Shown in pieces: positions 1 through 14,273 of a stretch of DNA of 64,000 nucleotides. This stretch comes from Octopus vulgaris (Eukaryota): NCBI GenBank assembly GCA_951406725.2, contig OX597817.1:155496001-155560000 (forward strand). The letters run 5' to 3'. The position numbers and the translations under genes are program-made. Within the stretch, counting starts at the first letter, position 1. Each line of letters begins with the position of its first letter. The notes beneath the pieces were generated by a model, which was given only the letters and a program-made list of their open reading frames with translations, had not been told where the DNA came from and did no database searches.

Positions 1-673
1 CCAACCCTGTAACAATGATGGCTGGCGGAGAAATGGAACTCTATTTAATACTGGCTGGCCATACTGTGCCTGGTTTTGTTCATCAGTCATTTGATAAGAG
101 TGACTCTGATCTCTCTGTTGCTGATAGTCAGAAACCCTGTGCCCAGAAGTTGAATGATGTACTGGAGGACCAGATCCCATATGTTCTGATGGCAATTCAG
201 AAAAATAGTCTCCTTGTGAAGATTTAGAACTTACATCACCTTTATGATGTAAAGACTGCTGTCCCTTTGAGGATGCTTCCCACTGAGAAGGGGTGGGATC
301 CATATCAGAATGTGATTGAACAGGGGACCTGAAAGTAGAATATGGTGAGATGGACCTATAAGGTCCTTGCACATCAGGTGAAAGATTCCTAGATTGTTTT
401 GTAAAGTTTTCCATACATTTCAAGATACCAGCTGAAAACAGCTCCTCACTCTTTGGTACATTCACAGCCATTTGAGGAATACTACTACTTCCAACTGGTA
501 AAGGTGATACTAAAGAGCCTGGGACAGATTGCAAAGTAACTGGAATTGGGCTCAACATTGGTCCATTATTCACATGTTTAATAAAATCTTCAACATGGAT
601 TCCATGTTTACGTAGGAAAAGTTCAATCTCATTTTTATGCCTTAATTGCATTTCAGCTAATTCTGTTTTTTGC
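1..673 (-). CDS. WNK1: WNK C-terminal exon (partial): coiled coil RQKTELAEMQLRHKNEIELF followed by an S/P/Q-rich tail
   Basis: tttcag acceptor, phase 2. The frame stays open for 224 codons to the window edge, so the ORF track missed it (no stop). Confidence 0.88.
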
Positions 674-1972
674 CTGAAATTATAAAAATATTCTATAATT
701 AATAATTTACGCAAACAATTAATTTCTTTTACACAGTAATCTGTATTGCAACAGAAATCTGCAGTCAGTCAGTCAAGAAATATTAATGATACATGTGAAA
801 AATAAATTTTTCAAAAGAAAGCTAGTCCCCCCAAAAAAAAAAAAAAAATGCATATTAAAGAATCAAGTAATGATTTTTATTTGGTTTTCAAAATTTCAAA
901 ACAAACATTTTCATCATTATTCCATTTTTCCACAACTGAAAAAAGACATTTCCTTACATCTGATCTTAATAACTTTTTGCCCTAAATATTACCATCTTCA
1001 GACAGCTTCTTGTCTGATAGAATTCTTCATAGCTCTTTTAGATTTGGTATTGTGAGATGTTAAAATTTCAGTTCACATTTTGCAATATTTATCATTAATG
1101 GAATTAAACAACTTTTTCCTATGAAAGTAAAAACTAATGATTTTTAAAAAGAGTTAGTTATAGCTACTAGTATCCTAAATGAGGAGTTCTAACAGTGACA
1201 AATGGTTAAATGCTTGTAAAGGCTAAATATTTGTAATAGTTAAAAATCAAACACAAAATACTACTGGGACTTATTTTAGATCTCAGATGGATGAAAAGTA
1301 AAAACCAACCCTAGAGAATTCAATTTAAAGAGATGAAACTAAATACCTCAAACATTTCAGCCAATCCACTTAAGTAATAATGACAATATAAAGATTTAAT
1401 AGATATATATTTAAAAAAAAATATTTTCATTATGATTTCCAGTTATGGTGGAATAATATTTTCTGACTCTTACCAAGAAGGAATATATATTCCACAAGCA
1501 TTTTGAAAATGTAAGCTTAACACCAGAAAAATAAACAAAAAGTTAATACATTAGCATTTAGTCCTGAGTATTATGAAGAAAATACATATAAACTAATGAG
1601 GGGTATGAAATTTAAACAATTTATTCAAGAATAATATCAAACCTGATAATATTTGTTTTATGCTTTTAATATACTGGTAAACAAAACAAACTTGTGAAAC
1701 TCATATAAAAGTACGAGAAATACTAATATATTAGAATAACAACACACATTAATGAGGTGATTTTTTTGAGCTTAGTATAATAATATTAAATATGACTGAG
1801 TTGAAATTAAGACAATGGGTAGCGAAATTTTATAATCAAAGGGTGTAAAGCTAATATGAAGTTACAACTACGAACTTCAAAAGGCAATCTTTTTAAAATA
1901 TGTACTGAGTGAACTGAAATTTTAATTTATTTTCATTTTTAAAACTTTATTTGTAAATGAAATAATTTCACT

Positions 1973-2016
<44 letters not shown>

Positions 2017-2107
2017 GGCAATTAAAAATATTACAACTTCTATGGACCTTTGAAAGTTATAACTTATGATTAAAATAAAACATATTGCAAAGTTCACTAT
2101 CACATAC

Positions 2108-2184
2108 CTTATCATTAATTCTCGATATTCTTCATCATTTTCAAATGGTAAAGGCCACCTCTGGTCTTCTGAATGGTAAACATC
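2108..2184 (-). CDS. WNK1: WNK exon: DVYHSEDQRWPLPFENDEEYRELMIR
   Basis: tttgcag acceptor, AG|gtatgt donor, 77 nt, phase 0 to 2. Confidence 0.85.
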
Positions 2185-2261
2185 CTGCAAATATTTTTTA
2201 CAATTGCTATCAATGAAATCAAATCACAGCCTAAAGATATTGACAATAAAAAAAAAATTAC

Positions 2262-2324
2262 CTGCAGATAAGATTTAAATATTTCAACAAGCACCACAGT
2301 CTTAGAATAGTCAGACTGTGTCTC
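2262..2324 (-). CDS. WNK1: Candidate WNK exon: ETQSDYSKTVVLVEIFKSYLQ
   Basis: Strong CAG|gtaat donor. Acceptor is caag after a pyrimidine tract, with an alternative in-frame cag giving a start at 2315. 63 nt, phase 0-0, followed by a 77-nt intron. Confidence 0.6.
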
Positions 2325-3624
2325 CTTGCATCAGAGAACAAGGGACACCCACACCAGCATGGAATAACAGACATAAAAAGATATGAGTGGATGTATACAG
2401 TTGTATGTGCATACACATACTATGTCATGGCTGTGGTTAAGAAGTTCTCTCAGCAACTATGTGGTTTTGGGTTCGGTCCCATTGTGTGGCATCTTAGTCA
2501 AGTGTCCAATCACTTGTAAGTGAATCTGGATGATGGTAACTACAGTGCATATGTACATACAGATACACACATGCACACAATTAGATTAATATGTGCAAAT
2601 GTGCATGAATGTTGATATTCCACAATTTCATTAATCTGTGGAGTTAAGAAGTTTTCTTATCAGGTTTTGGTACCTTGAGTATAGATATAGTCTTCTACTT
2701 TAACCAAGGGTCAATAAAAGCTTTGAGTGTATTTGGAAGACAGAAGCCTGTATGTCTCTGTGTGTGTGTGTGCATGCATTTACATATGTATATGTAAGCG
2801 TACATGTTCTTATTTTCTGGCCACAGAAAATCTGTCTCCATGAATTCTGTTTGACTCATACGCTACTATGTGAATTGTTATTGCCAATTCTTTCTCCTGA
2901 TGAAGGAAGCCAGTCTTATGGTAATATTTATATGTGACCATTTACTGATTGCATATCCATGATTTTTGCACATTCCATCAACTAATTATGAACATCATGA
3001 TTACATAATTCTGGGCTTCAAGAAACAGCTGTTGAGTTAAAATCTATGCATTCTCTCACTAGTATTCTGTATTTTTATGTTCTATGTAAATTTATTTGTC
3101 CATATACGTATCGATACCAATGTGCTTGCACATGTGGGTTATCTTCTGAATATATTTAGTTACGTGTATCTATATGTGCATATACATATTGGCACCTGAT
3201 GGTTCAAGTTTTTTTTTTTAAATGAAAAAGTGTCCCAGCATTGGATTGGTCGGAATGGGGCCCAAGACCTTGCTCTTTGTGCTTGGCAGCCCCCCCCCCC
3301 CTCACTGTGTGTGATTTTTTTCTTGTGAGGATATGTAAAAGGCTGCTTTTATGTTCCACCGCTACCCACTAACCGTGAAGACCTTAAGCATTGAATAAAG
3401 ACAGCAATCAACTCAGTTGATTGAGATATGCTGATATGTGTCTGGGAGGAATTCTCTTATCGCATTGATGCCATATTGAACACTTGTATGACAGGAAATA
3501 AAAGTTGATTGTCAATAAATACTTGTGACTGAGCTGGAGTTTTCTATTGCTTTCTCTTATCAAAATATTGCATGATGAAATCGGTTCACTCTTTTTGAAT
3601 AACTTTGTATACGCACACATGTAT

Positions 3625-3790
3625 GACGGGGTTTGGGCTTCTTTCAGTTTCTGTGTACCAAATCCACTCACAAGGCTTTGATTGGCCCAAGATTATAGAA
3701 GACACTTGCCCAAGGTATTAAGCAGTGGGACTGAACCTGGAACCATGTGGTTAGGAAGCAAAGTTCTTACCACACAGCCTTGCCTGCACC
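3625..3790 (-). mobile_element. SINE family A head fragment
   Basis: Matches the 5' half of 23209-23588. Confidence 0.75.
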
Positions 3791-4477
3791 TCTGTATACA
3801 TACATACATATACACACACACACAGATATGTGCACATACATATCATCATCATTTAACATCCATTTTCCATGCTGGCATGAGCTAGCCAGCTGAAGAGCTG
3901 CTCAGGCTCCATACTTGTTTTGGCATGGTTTCTATGACTGGATGCTCTTCCTTATGCCAACCATTTTACAGAGTCTGCTGGGTGTTTAAGCCTGTATGCA
4001 AGGACAACCACGTTTTTACTTAGCTTGGAATTCTTTCTAAAGCACGGCAAGCCACCAAGGGTCTTGGTCCCCTAGCATGTCCCCTGTAAGTCCCAACGTC
4101 TGTAGATCCTTTCTCATCACTTTGTCCCACCTCTTTCTGGGTCTACTCCTTCAACATGTTCCCTCTACAATTTGAGATCAGCATCTCTTGATGCAACTGT
4201 CCATTCATCCATCCACACACACACATATATATATTATATTTATATATGAGAGATAGAGTGGACAAATGGCAGGATGCTATATTGGAAGCAACATCTCCAA
4301 CAGACATACAAATGATGATGTTATATTTATATGAAAACATGCCGACCAAAATTGACCCACAAAACATTTGGCATCCCAGGGCTATAGAAGAAAATGCTAT
4401 GTAGTGAGACTTGACCTGAAACCACATGGCTGAGAAATAAACTTCTCAACTAGATAGCCTGTGATATATTATAGTAA

Positions 4478-4692
4478 AAAGCACCATCCGATTGTGGCCT
4501 TTTTGTCAGCCTTGTCTGGCACGTAAAAGCACCCACTACACTCACAGAGTGGTTGGCGTTAGGAAGGGCATCCAGCCGTAGAAACATTGCCAGATCAGAT
4601 TGGGCCTGGTGCAGCCTTCTGGCTTTGCAGACCCCAGTTGAGCCGTCCAAACCATGCTAGCATGGAAAGCAGACGCTAAATGATGATGATGA
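4478..4692 (+). mobile_element. RTE 3'-end fragment or RTE-tailed SINE
   Basis: Matches the 3' UTR of the 38004-40512 RTE (GGTTGGCGTTAGGAAGGGCATCCAGC...(GAT)n). Confidence 0.85.
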
Positions 4693-5684
4693 TATATTAT
4701 GGGAAGTCTGTGCTTTCCGTAATATATCATCATATTATTTCAAATCTAGTTTTTCATGCATGGATTGGATGTTTTGTCATTGTCCATGCCGTTTTAACAC
4801 ACAAGAACAGCAGAATCTACTCAACTTTGGTGTTGTGTAGGACTGACACTGGAGTGTGTTTTACCAGCCACCAGCACTAGATAGTCTGCCCTTGACTTAT
4901 AGGACTAAATAGTCTCCTTCAGCTCTGTACAATTCTGTAACATGAAAACAAGCTATACATTCTGCACAAGCAAACTGAAATTCAGCTTGCAGAATATACA
5001 TATTATCTATATTTTCCAAGGTGTGTACATGCACACACACCATCATTTTAACATCTACTTTTCCAGGATTTCATGGAAACTGTCAGACAGAAGTTTTAGA
5101 GACAGGTTTTCTAAAGCCTGATGCTCTTTTTGTCACCAACTCTGACTTATTTCCACAGAAGGTAATATTTTCTCTTGCTCATCATACAATGAACAACTCA
5201 ATAGTTGGTCATATTTTCAAAGAAAGCTACAAGATCAGTGCACAAATATCAAGGCAAAGTAAGGCATACAACCACACATGATGGGCTTCTTACAGTTTTA
5301 TGTCTGAAATTCACACACAAAGCATTGGGTGACCCTAGGCTATAGTACAAGACATTTGTCCAAAGTGCCATTCAGTGGGATTGAACTTGAAACCATGTGG
5401 TTGCAAAGCAAACTTTATAATATAGGCATGCATGTACTGAGATATATATATATGTTGTTCAAACAATGAATAGCCTTTGCGTAAACCACTGGTTCGTTTT
5501 GTTCTCTTACTTTATTATCATCTTATAATCATCTCATAATAATGAGTCAATTTAAATGTATATATTTGTCACTACCTGTCATAAATAGCCTTTTTCTATT
5601 TGCAATATGCATTTTCGTTGACTTTTCATATTTTACCCTTACATTTCTACATGTATTTTATATTTTCTTTTCGTAATATATTTC

Positions 5685-5731
<47 letters not shown>

Positions 5732-6476
5732 ATAAAAATTTATATACACATTCAATAATACACACACACACATATATGCATACATATAGTTATGCGCACA
5801 CACACATACACATATATGCATACATACAGTTACACACACACACACAAAATCTTCTGAAATATACCTAATTACTATTCATATTGAAATATCTGCTCTTAGT
5901 AACAAAATAGGTGGGCAGGGCAGCCTATCTGCTGGTGACTGAACAACTAAGTAGTCATCATCATGTGATGTAAGTTTTCTACAATTGATAGGTGTCTAAT
6001 CTGGCTGATTTAATTGATAGAAAGAATCCAATTTTAGCTTTCATGAAAGGTTCTGAAAATGGGCCAGAACTTCACTAATACTGTAAAATTCCTGGATACC
6101 AGCATGAAACCATGACACAGAGCTTATGCATTACTTGCCACAGGACCATCCAGGAATTTCACTGCTTACACAAAAGATAGTAGCACACTTATTACACTAT
6201 GTATATGCACACGCATGTATGGTCATCATCACCATTATTTTATATCCACTTTGCCTTGCTGTCACAGGCTGGAGTTAAGTTCTTATCTGGTTCAGAGGAC
6301 ACACCTTCCTTGCACATTCCATTTTTGGCATGTTTTAGATGCCTTTCCTATTGTTAATCACATTATTAGCACTGGAGGCATTAACATGTCCTTGGCAAAG
6401 CTAATTCTTTTTATTCAAAGTTGTCTCCATTTTCATACTGAGCATCAAATCAACTTGGCAGAGCAAGCATCTTTAA

Positions 6477-6697
6477 CCCTTTAGCATTTAAACTGGCCAT
6501 ATCCAGCCAAAAGTATTCTGCCTGTTTTATGTTCAAACTGGCCAGATCTGGTCTCTCACACCAACCCTACAATATCGTTTTAGAAATTAACAGCTACCTC
6601 ATCAAAATCTCATAGCTACAAGATAATGCATGATTAGTTCAAAACAATGTGGATAAAAAAGGATTAATTGTGGCAGAATAATGCAAACACTAAAGGG
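6477..6697. mobile_element. piggyBac-type MITE (about 220 bp)
   Basis: TTAA flanks at 6473-6476 and 6698-6701. Imperfect TIRs CCCTTTAGCATTT/AAACACTAAAGGG. Confidence 0.75.
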
Positions 6698-7612
6698 TTA
6701 ACCCATATCTATATCTACAAACAGAGATGACAATGTAAATTTAATTTTTGCAGTGCTACAACTTCAAGTGGGAATGAGCTGCCCCTTTTCTACTATACTA
6801 ATACTTAGTTGAGTGGGCAACTGGACACCCAAGTGCCTCTCAATCTTGTGTTTGATACTAAGAAAAAGGAATTCATGGATTATTGGGGCAACAGCAACAT
6901 TTTTTACACTGAATCAAACAACTCAGCACAAGAAAGTCAGTTCCTGTACAGACTATTTGATATGGCCAAAAATTGCAGATTTAAAAGGGAAATGAAGTGA
7001 AACAGCTTAAACTTCCTGTAAAATCAAAGATTCTCCCTACAAATGTTTTACAAATTTTGAAAAATAATTCAACTTAGAATTCTAAAACTAGAAATTTAAT
7101 GAACATATTTACTGATCAAATATATTTTGATTGCATTTGATTAAAAATAATCAAAAATTAAAAATTTTTTTTTTGAAAGAAAACCTATATTAAGACACTG
7201 GTTGTTGTCATTTAAACACTATATATTTAAATTCCTTTGAAACTAACAGACCTATATTTAATCAACTCTAGCCAAACCAAAAATCAATTTATTAAGCTAA
7301 TGAAAGGACTTCCAGATAAAAATCTGAACTTTTTATGTATAGTTTCAATAGTGTATAGTTTTATGTATAGTTTCACTGTATTTTGGTTAAATTTCAATAT
7401 TATAAGGAAAAAATTAGAAAAACCAAATTCTCTTTCTTACAAAATATAGAAAAATGAATTAAGAACATATTTAAAAAAAGACATTACATTAAATGTGTAA
7501 TGTCTCCTTTTAAAGATATACATAACACCTGTTAAATGTAAAATTAAAATCTCTAAAATTTATATCTCAAAATTTATGTGAAATGAAATAGAAAGCTAAT
7601 TTTGTTAGATAC

Positions 7613-9106
7613 CTCTTTAGAGTCAGTCTCATCCATGAAGGAGTTGTTATGTCTTCTTTGATATGAAGGAATCTGGGGAGAGGTCTGTGTAGAACATTCA
7701 TTTAAAGATGCAGGAAAGGGTGAATTAAGCAAACTAATAGTGAGGGGAATGTTATGTGGAGTAAAAGGACTACAAGCACGCTGTGGTGTTATTATTGGGC
7801 ATGAATCTAAAGGTCGAGACAAACCTAAAGGATCACTATTAGAAACATCTAGATCTCCATCAACAAAACTAATGTTAGACAAGCAATTTGTATTAGTTAA
7901 TGTTGCAACTTCTGAATTAAAAGCAAGAGAAACATTTACCTCAGGCAGTTGAGCAGCAGAAGTACAGACCCTTAAACCTTTTACATCAGGTAATTGAGAA
8001 GTAGGAGTGTTAGTAAAGCTAGAAGCAGCAGATGGTTGGCTTTCTTGCATTGTTGTAACATGAAATCGGCCTTTCCTAGCAGTATGGAATCGTTGAGGAC
8101 CAGAAATCACATCATCTTTAGTTTCATCTAGAAGTGCTTGGGGTGATTCCATCAGAGCAGGACTGCTGTCTTCTGAAGCATTTGGTGTTATCACTGGCTC
8201 TTCCTTCACAGTACTGACTACAAACCTAGATCTTCTATAAGCAATATTTTCTTCATTCATCCCATTAATTTGATGCTGAGGATCACTTGCTGGTTGAGGT
8301 GTGAGTGAGTCTGATTCTGGAATTAGAGTATCTTCTGTAGAAACAGTATCTTCATTAAAGCCCACTTCTGATGCTACAGGGTCAACTGCATCATCTTTAT
8401 ATTCAACAGACAAAGATTGCTGATAGTCATATTCAGAGCCACCAGTTCCAGTAGTCATGGAAGATGTCGAAGATGTTGCCTGATATGAGCCTAACAGATT
8501 TGGATCTTTTTTATGTATGTGCAATTTTTCAATCAGAGCCTGTTCAAGGTTGGCAAGATCAGTGGGAGTTTCATATTGTTCTTGTTCTGACATATGACTA
8601 TGTTTATGGTATTGGGCTGATTCTCCTTCTGAGTGAATCTGAGAGGGAGACTGAGGAGGTGATGGCTGAGTGACACTTGAAGACATTTCAGAAGGTGGCA
8701 CATTGGAGAAATTTGTTTGAGGGAATGGATACATTGGTGGAAATAAATTTGGTAATAAAGGTATTGTATTGCCTTGTTGTAACTGTACTTGCTCCATTGT
8801 TTTATAGACCTGATACAACTGCATACGTAAATGCATAAAAGGATCAGCAGCATAGAGGCAAGGAAGAATAAGGCTCTGGTACTGATACTGAAGCAATTGT
8901 TGCTGCTGTTGTTGTTGCAATAGAAACTGTTGCTGATTGGGAGGAATGTGTTGTGGATATGCAGACTGTGGTAACTGTGTATGTGTTGTGTACTGGAGAT
9001 TCGAATCAACAGCAGTATAACTTCCAGAAGTTGCTGGTGTCTGGGGAATGTGAGAAACTGGATTTTGATCTTGAGACTGTAGGTTAGATAACATTTGTTG
9101 ATGGAC
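7613..9106 (-). CDS. WNK1: WNK large exon: polyQ, DLANLEQALIEKL, two RFxV motifs (RSRFVVS, KGRFHVT)
   Basis: tatag acceptor, GAG|gtatc donor, 1494 nt, phase 0-0. Matches ORF 7574..9094. Confidence 0.92.
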
Positions 9107-9829
9107 CTATACGAAAGATATAGTTTAAAAAATAAAATATGTTAGCAGGAAAAACATTAAAAAGCAGAATATGAAGGAAAACAATTTAAATTTGCACTTT
9201 ATGATTTCAAGAAACTGCAACTAACAAATGAAGAATGAAATAAAACAAAATGTCTGGTATAATACACACATAACAATAATGAATAAATATTGTTTTGCAT
9301 ATATATCACTGCTATGATAGTCAGTGTATCATAGACACTACATTAATCATGGCTAGAACAATTTGCTAAAAGCAGTTATATTTAATACTTCTGCAAATAA
9401 ATTAGAAATGTAGTTCTTAGAAATAATTGTGCTGGTCAATGAACACAGGAAAAGCAGCTGTATTGATATTGACATGTAATGCAGGAGACACTAGTAGTTA
9501 TGTTATACCTGCCCAAAAAACTTTTAAAACTGCTTTCATTTTATTTTGAGCTGTTAGCAGCAGAACAACCACAGTAAAAGCAACTTAAGAATTAAAAAAA
9601 AAAGATGAAAATCTCTCTGACATTCAAACTTTGAAAAATGGGAGTTTTTTTAAACTGAACACATAAAAATTCATAATACTAAATAGGTGAAAAAGTGACA
9701 TGATTACAACTGACCACAGCAAATGTAGGAATAAGCAGTGAAGTCAGAGTTAAGAATAACAGCCTTCAGGTGATGTTGAATGAGTGAGACAATTAGAGAA
9801 TGCTGCACCAAGCCCACTTCAGCATGCAA

Positions 9830-10552
9830 TAGATGACATTAAACTGATGTTGATGATCATCATATACCCTACTGCACACAAGCCACCTTGAAGAGAACAT
9901 GGAGATTAAAAAAGGGAGCTTCTATCATTGTTAGTAACTGAGGGCCTACCCTCAGAGTGAAAGGCAGATTGTATGATGTCTCTGTACAAGGCAGTGAAAC
10001 ATGGGGCTTGAACTACAGAGGACTTTCTTGCAGAGGCTTGAAAGAAATGAAGCTAGCATGCTCTACTGGATGGGTAATGTCAATGTGCACACATGACAGA
10101 GTATAAATGATTTAAGTGGAAAATTGGGTATAAGAGGCATGAAATGTTGTGTGCAAGTGAAGACACTGCACTGGTTTGGTCATGTGATGTATATGAAGAA
10201 AGCTGCATAAAGAAGTGCTAAGCTCTAATTGAGGAGGCAACCTGTCAACGGGGTGGACCCAGGAAAATGTGGGACTAAGTGGTGAGAAAGGATCTTCAGA
10301 TGCTGGGCCTCACTGAGGAAATGATGTGGCGATTTGCTGTACTTAAGATGTGCCTAGCAAAGTAAGATTGCTGTCACCCATACACACAAGCTTGTCCTTT
10401 ACAGATGCTGGTGCCACATAAAAAGGCACTGTAAAGTGGTCAGCATTAGGAAGGGCAACCAGCTATAGGAACCATGCCACAACAGACATTTATAACCTGG
10501 ACAGTTCCATGTCAAACTATCCAACCCATGCCAACATGGAAAACAGACATGA
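9830..10552 (+). mobile_element. Old degraded RTE fragment (C-terminus plus tail)
   Basis: LHWFGHV and GGPRKMW remnants colinear with 39500-40500. Confidence 0.7.
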
Positions 10553-11634
10553 CCACCACCACCACCACAACAACAATCATTTTTATGCCTGCTTTTTCTA
10601 GATGGTAGGGGTAGGACGGGTCAGAAGAGAATTTCTCCACTTCTCTTGACCTTTCATCTCCTCTGAGAAGTTAAGCATCCTGAGACCATCCCTTTTCACT
10701 TCTGCTCACATCTTCAGGCTTTCTTTTCTGCAAGATCATTCTATTTGCATCATTTGACATCGCCCAAAAATCATTTTCCCCTCCTCTCTTTCTCTCTTAT
10801 ACATTATAGGGCATACCTTTGATGACCAGCTTTTTTCCTCAGAACATTTGTGCTCCAGTGTCCATGCTAATATTACAAATATCTTCAACATTCAGTGCCC
10901 TTGTCTCTCTAACATGATCAGTGCACTTTATATACAAGCTTCATACATTGTTACTAACACTCATTTGATTGTAGCTCTATATGTGGCTTGCACAGCTCCC
11001 CATTTTTCTTAGTAACCAACTATTAGAATACACAACATAGAACCCAATTAAAAATGTTCTTCAAATCAATGAGGTATAGTGGTTTGTTTTTAGTTAAGAA
11101 CTTCTAGTATAGTTGTGTTACCCAAAAGAGAGCATCAGTTCAATTGTCTCACATGACATCCAAACTGCATCACATCTATGCTAGTTCTCTCTCAGACTAG
11201 CTTCAATATAGCTCCCTTTGTCAACTTAAAATTCATATATCCTTTTATTAATTTTGGTTATTAGACTGCAGCAGGGCTAGGACATTTCCTTTATGGATTA
11301 TATATATAATATGTAAGTATGTCTGTATTATGAATATATTTGTTTCAACATTTTTCCTTTTGTATATGTGTATAACGAAAATCAAATTGCATAATTCAAC
11401 TAATTAAAGCATTTACTCCCCTTTTATGTTTGTATCGATCCATATATCAACCAACCAACACAGTAGTTTGTTTTTTTTGCAACTCATAACTACAACTATT
11501 CTGAAATTTCAATAATATCTTTCTTATATATATATCATCATTATCGTTTAATGTCCACTCTCCATGCTGGCATGGGTTGGATGATTTGACTGAGGACTGG
11601 CGAATATATACGAGACAAAAGTGTACGTACGCCG

Positions 11635-12570
11635 CTATATGTATATAAAAAAGAATACAAAAAATGGGATAAGAATGCAACAGGCAGATACAAAAAGGGA
11701 CAAGAAAAAACAAGGATAGGTCATTCGGAGTTTTCCTTCCTCAGTTGAGTTCCAGATCATCTTTGCAGTTTTGGCTGGTTATACTTGAGACTGCTCCAAT
11801 CTGGCCAGCCCCAAGGAAAATCTAAGCTAAGAACACTAGATTCCTTGGAAGAAAGCAGCGAACGTATACGAAAACAAGAATAGAAATAGAACGGAGAAAT
11901 GGTACGCAAATACAAATGCAAACAACAGGTGTCTTTCAACTAAGAACGAATTAAATTAAGCTGGTGTATGTGGAAGTGAAGCCTTACGGCAGGGACGTAA
12001 GAGATGATAGGTATGAGAAGGAATATAGATGTTGCACAGATGGTAGTCGAACCAAGAAAGAATGGTCAGGCTTGGCAGAACACTGGTCATGTGGAAGGAG
12101 AGGAGAGAGGTAGAAGCAAAGGGTAGAAGAATTAGGGAGGGATGAGAAAGAAAGAAAAAAGAAAAGTGACAGAGTGAAGTGAAATAGGAGGGAAGGTGAG
12201 AATGAAAGGAAGGCCAAGAAATACGAGAGAGGGGGAGCGAAAGAAAGAAGAGCGGAAAGAACAAAGCAAGTGTGAAGATGCTGTTGTTTGCATTTGTATT
12301 TGTGTACCATTTCTCTGTTTTTCCCATCCTTGTTTTCATATACATTCACTGCTTTCTTCCAAGGAATCTAGTGCCCTTAGCTTAGATTTTCCTTGGGGTT
12401 GGCTAGATTGGAGCAGTCAGCTGAAACTGCAAAGATGATCTGGAACTCAGCTGAGGAAAGAAAACTTTGAATGACTCGTCCTTGTTTTTTCTTGTATCAT
12501 ATGTCTGGATGTTTTGTCGCCTGTTGCATTCTTGTCCCATTTTTGTATTCCTTTTATACAACATATATGT
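11635..12570. repeat. Long imperfect inverted repeat (arms about 290 bp, purine-rich spacer about 350 bp); foldback element
   Basis: 11635-11928 is the reverse complement of 12281-12570 (e.g. CTAGATTCCTTGGAAGAAAGCAG / CTGCTTTCTTCCAAGGAATCTAG). Confidence 0.9.
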
Positions 12571-13279
12571 ACATTTCAGCAGCCATTACCGAGAGAAGAA
12601 TCATATAATTTACATATTTACATAGTGACTCATGTAGCACACTGTGTATAGTGTATATAATCATCTGTTTACAGTAGAGAGATTCAATAAGCATTTTATA
12701 CACATATGCATACACTTATATACAAAATATATAATAATGCACATACGTTTCCACTATTGAACATTTTTGTCCCTTGTCTTACATCAGAGAAAACAACAAA
12801 AGAAACTGAAATCCAAGTTCATTTGAAACTCAACTTTTTACCCAGAGTCAAAGGCAACAGAAAGAATTACTGGAGAAAAACACAATATAACAAACATACA
12901 CCATACAATGGATCTGCATCAATGAGGGGATCTTCTACAATGTAAACTTTAAATGGTCACTCGACCTGCTAGAAATAGCAGCTGAATCTTGCTTAAACAC
13001 CACCATGCCATCTTAAAAAGAGAAGGTACACAGTGGATAATATAGTGCGAGATACACCTTCCAGAAACCAAAGTAGGCTGATCTGGATCTAAACAACCAC
13101 AATAAACATGAATTCATAGATGAAAACTAGTTTTCAATCTTTCTACGTCTGAGTGTGTATCTATCTTACCTATCATTCTATCAATCTATGACATCACTTA
13201 CATTTATCTAACTATACAGATGTTTCTGTCTATCTATATGTATGTATTTGTCTGACTATGTATCTATTTTAAATACATG

Positions 13280-14196
13280 TATCTCTATTTATTATTATTA
13301 TTTATTAATTATTATTATTCTGATCCCCCTAGTCGCCACTCTGTTTACTATTTCAGCCTCGCCTCGTTTTTGCATATTCTGTATAATTCACTAGTTATCG
13401 TTATAGATATTTAGGTTCTATCTCCCTTACAGGGCTGATTAGAAATTGGCTGCCGGTTCTTCGCGGGGTTTCTCTCCCCCTCTTTTTACATTGTCTGTCT
13501 GGACTCCTCTTCCTACTCCTCGACATGGCCATGCATACTTAAGCTAGTAACCTGCCTCACTCTTGATTCCGAACTCCTTTTGCCAAGTCTGTCCGTAAAC
13601 GAAGTGATCCCAAGATAAGAAATCTTTGAACTTTAATTCATCCGTATCTCTATTTATTATTATTATTTATTAATTATTATTATTCTGATCCCCCTAGTCG
13701 CCACTCTGTTTACTATTTCAGCCTCGCCTCGTTTTTGCATATTCTGTATAATTCACTAGTTATCGTTATAGATATTTAGGTTCTATCTCCCTTACAGGGC
13801 TGATTAGAAATTGGCTGCCGGTTCTTCGCGGGGTTTCTCTCCCCCTCTTTTTACATTGTCTGTCTGGACTCCTCTTCCTACTCCTCGACATGGCCATGCA
13901 TACTTAAGCTAGTAACCTGCCTCACTCTTGATTCCGAACTCCTTTTGCCAAGTCTGTCCGTAAACGAAGTGATCCCAAGATAAGAAATCTTTGAACTTTA
14001 ATTCATCCGTATCTCTATTTATTATTATTATTTATTAATTATTATTATTCTGATCCCCCTAGTCGCCACTCTGTTTACTATTTCAGCCTCGCCTCGTTTT
14101 TGCATATTCTGTATAATTCACTAGTTATCGTTATAGATATTTAGGTTCTATCTCCCTTACAGGGCTGATTAGAAATTGGCTGCCGGTTCTTCGCGG
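13280..14196 (+). repeat. Tandem repeat, 365-bp unit x about 2.5, copies apparently identical
   Basis: Unit starts at 13280, 13645 and 14010. Confidence 0.95.
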
Positions 14197-14273
14197 CGCG
14201 CCCGCCCTACCTACCCCCACCACCAATACCGGATATCTCTATTTTGCTCCAACTATACCGGATGTCGTTTCTC

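Noticed and set aside
15-227. Plus-strand and alternative-frame ORFs overlapping WNK exons (15..227, 7740..7952, 8533..9009, 36804..37133, etc.)
   Set aside because: Shadow frames of the real exons, with no independent coding signal.
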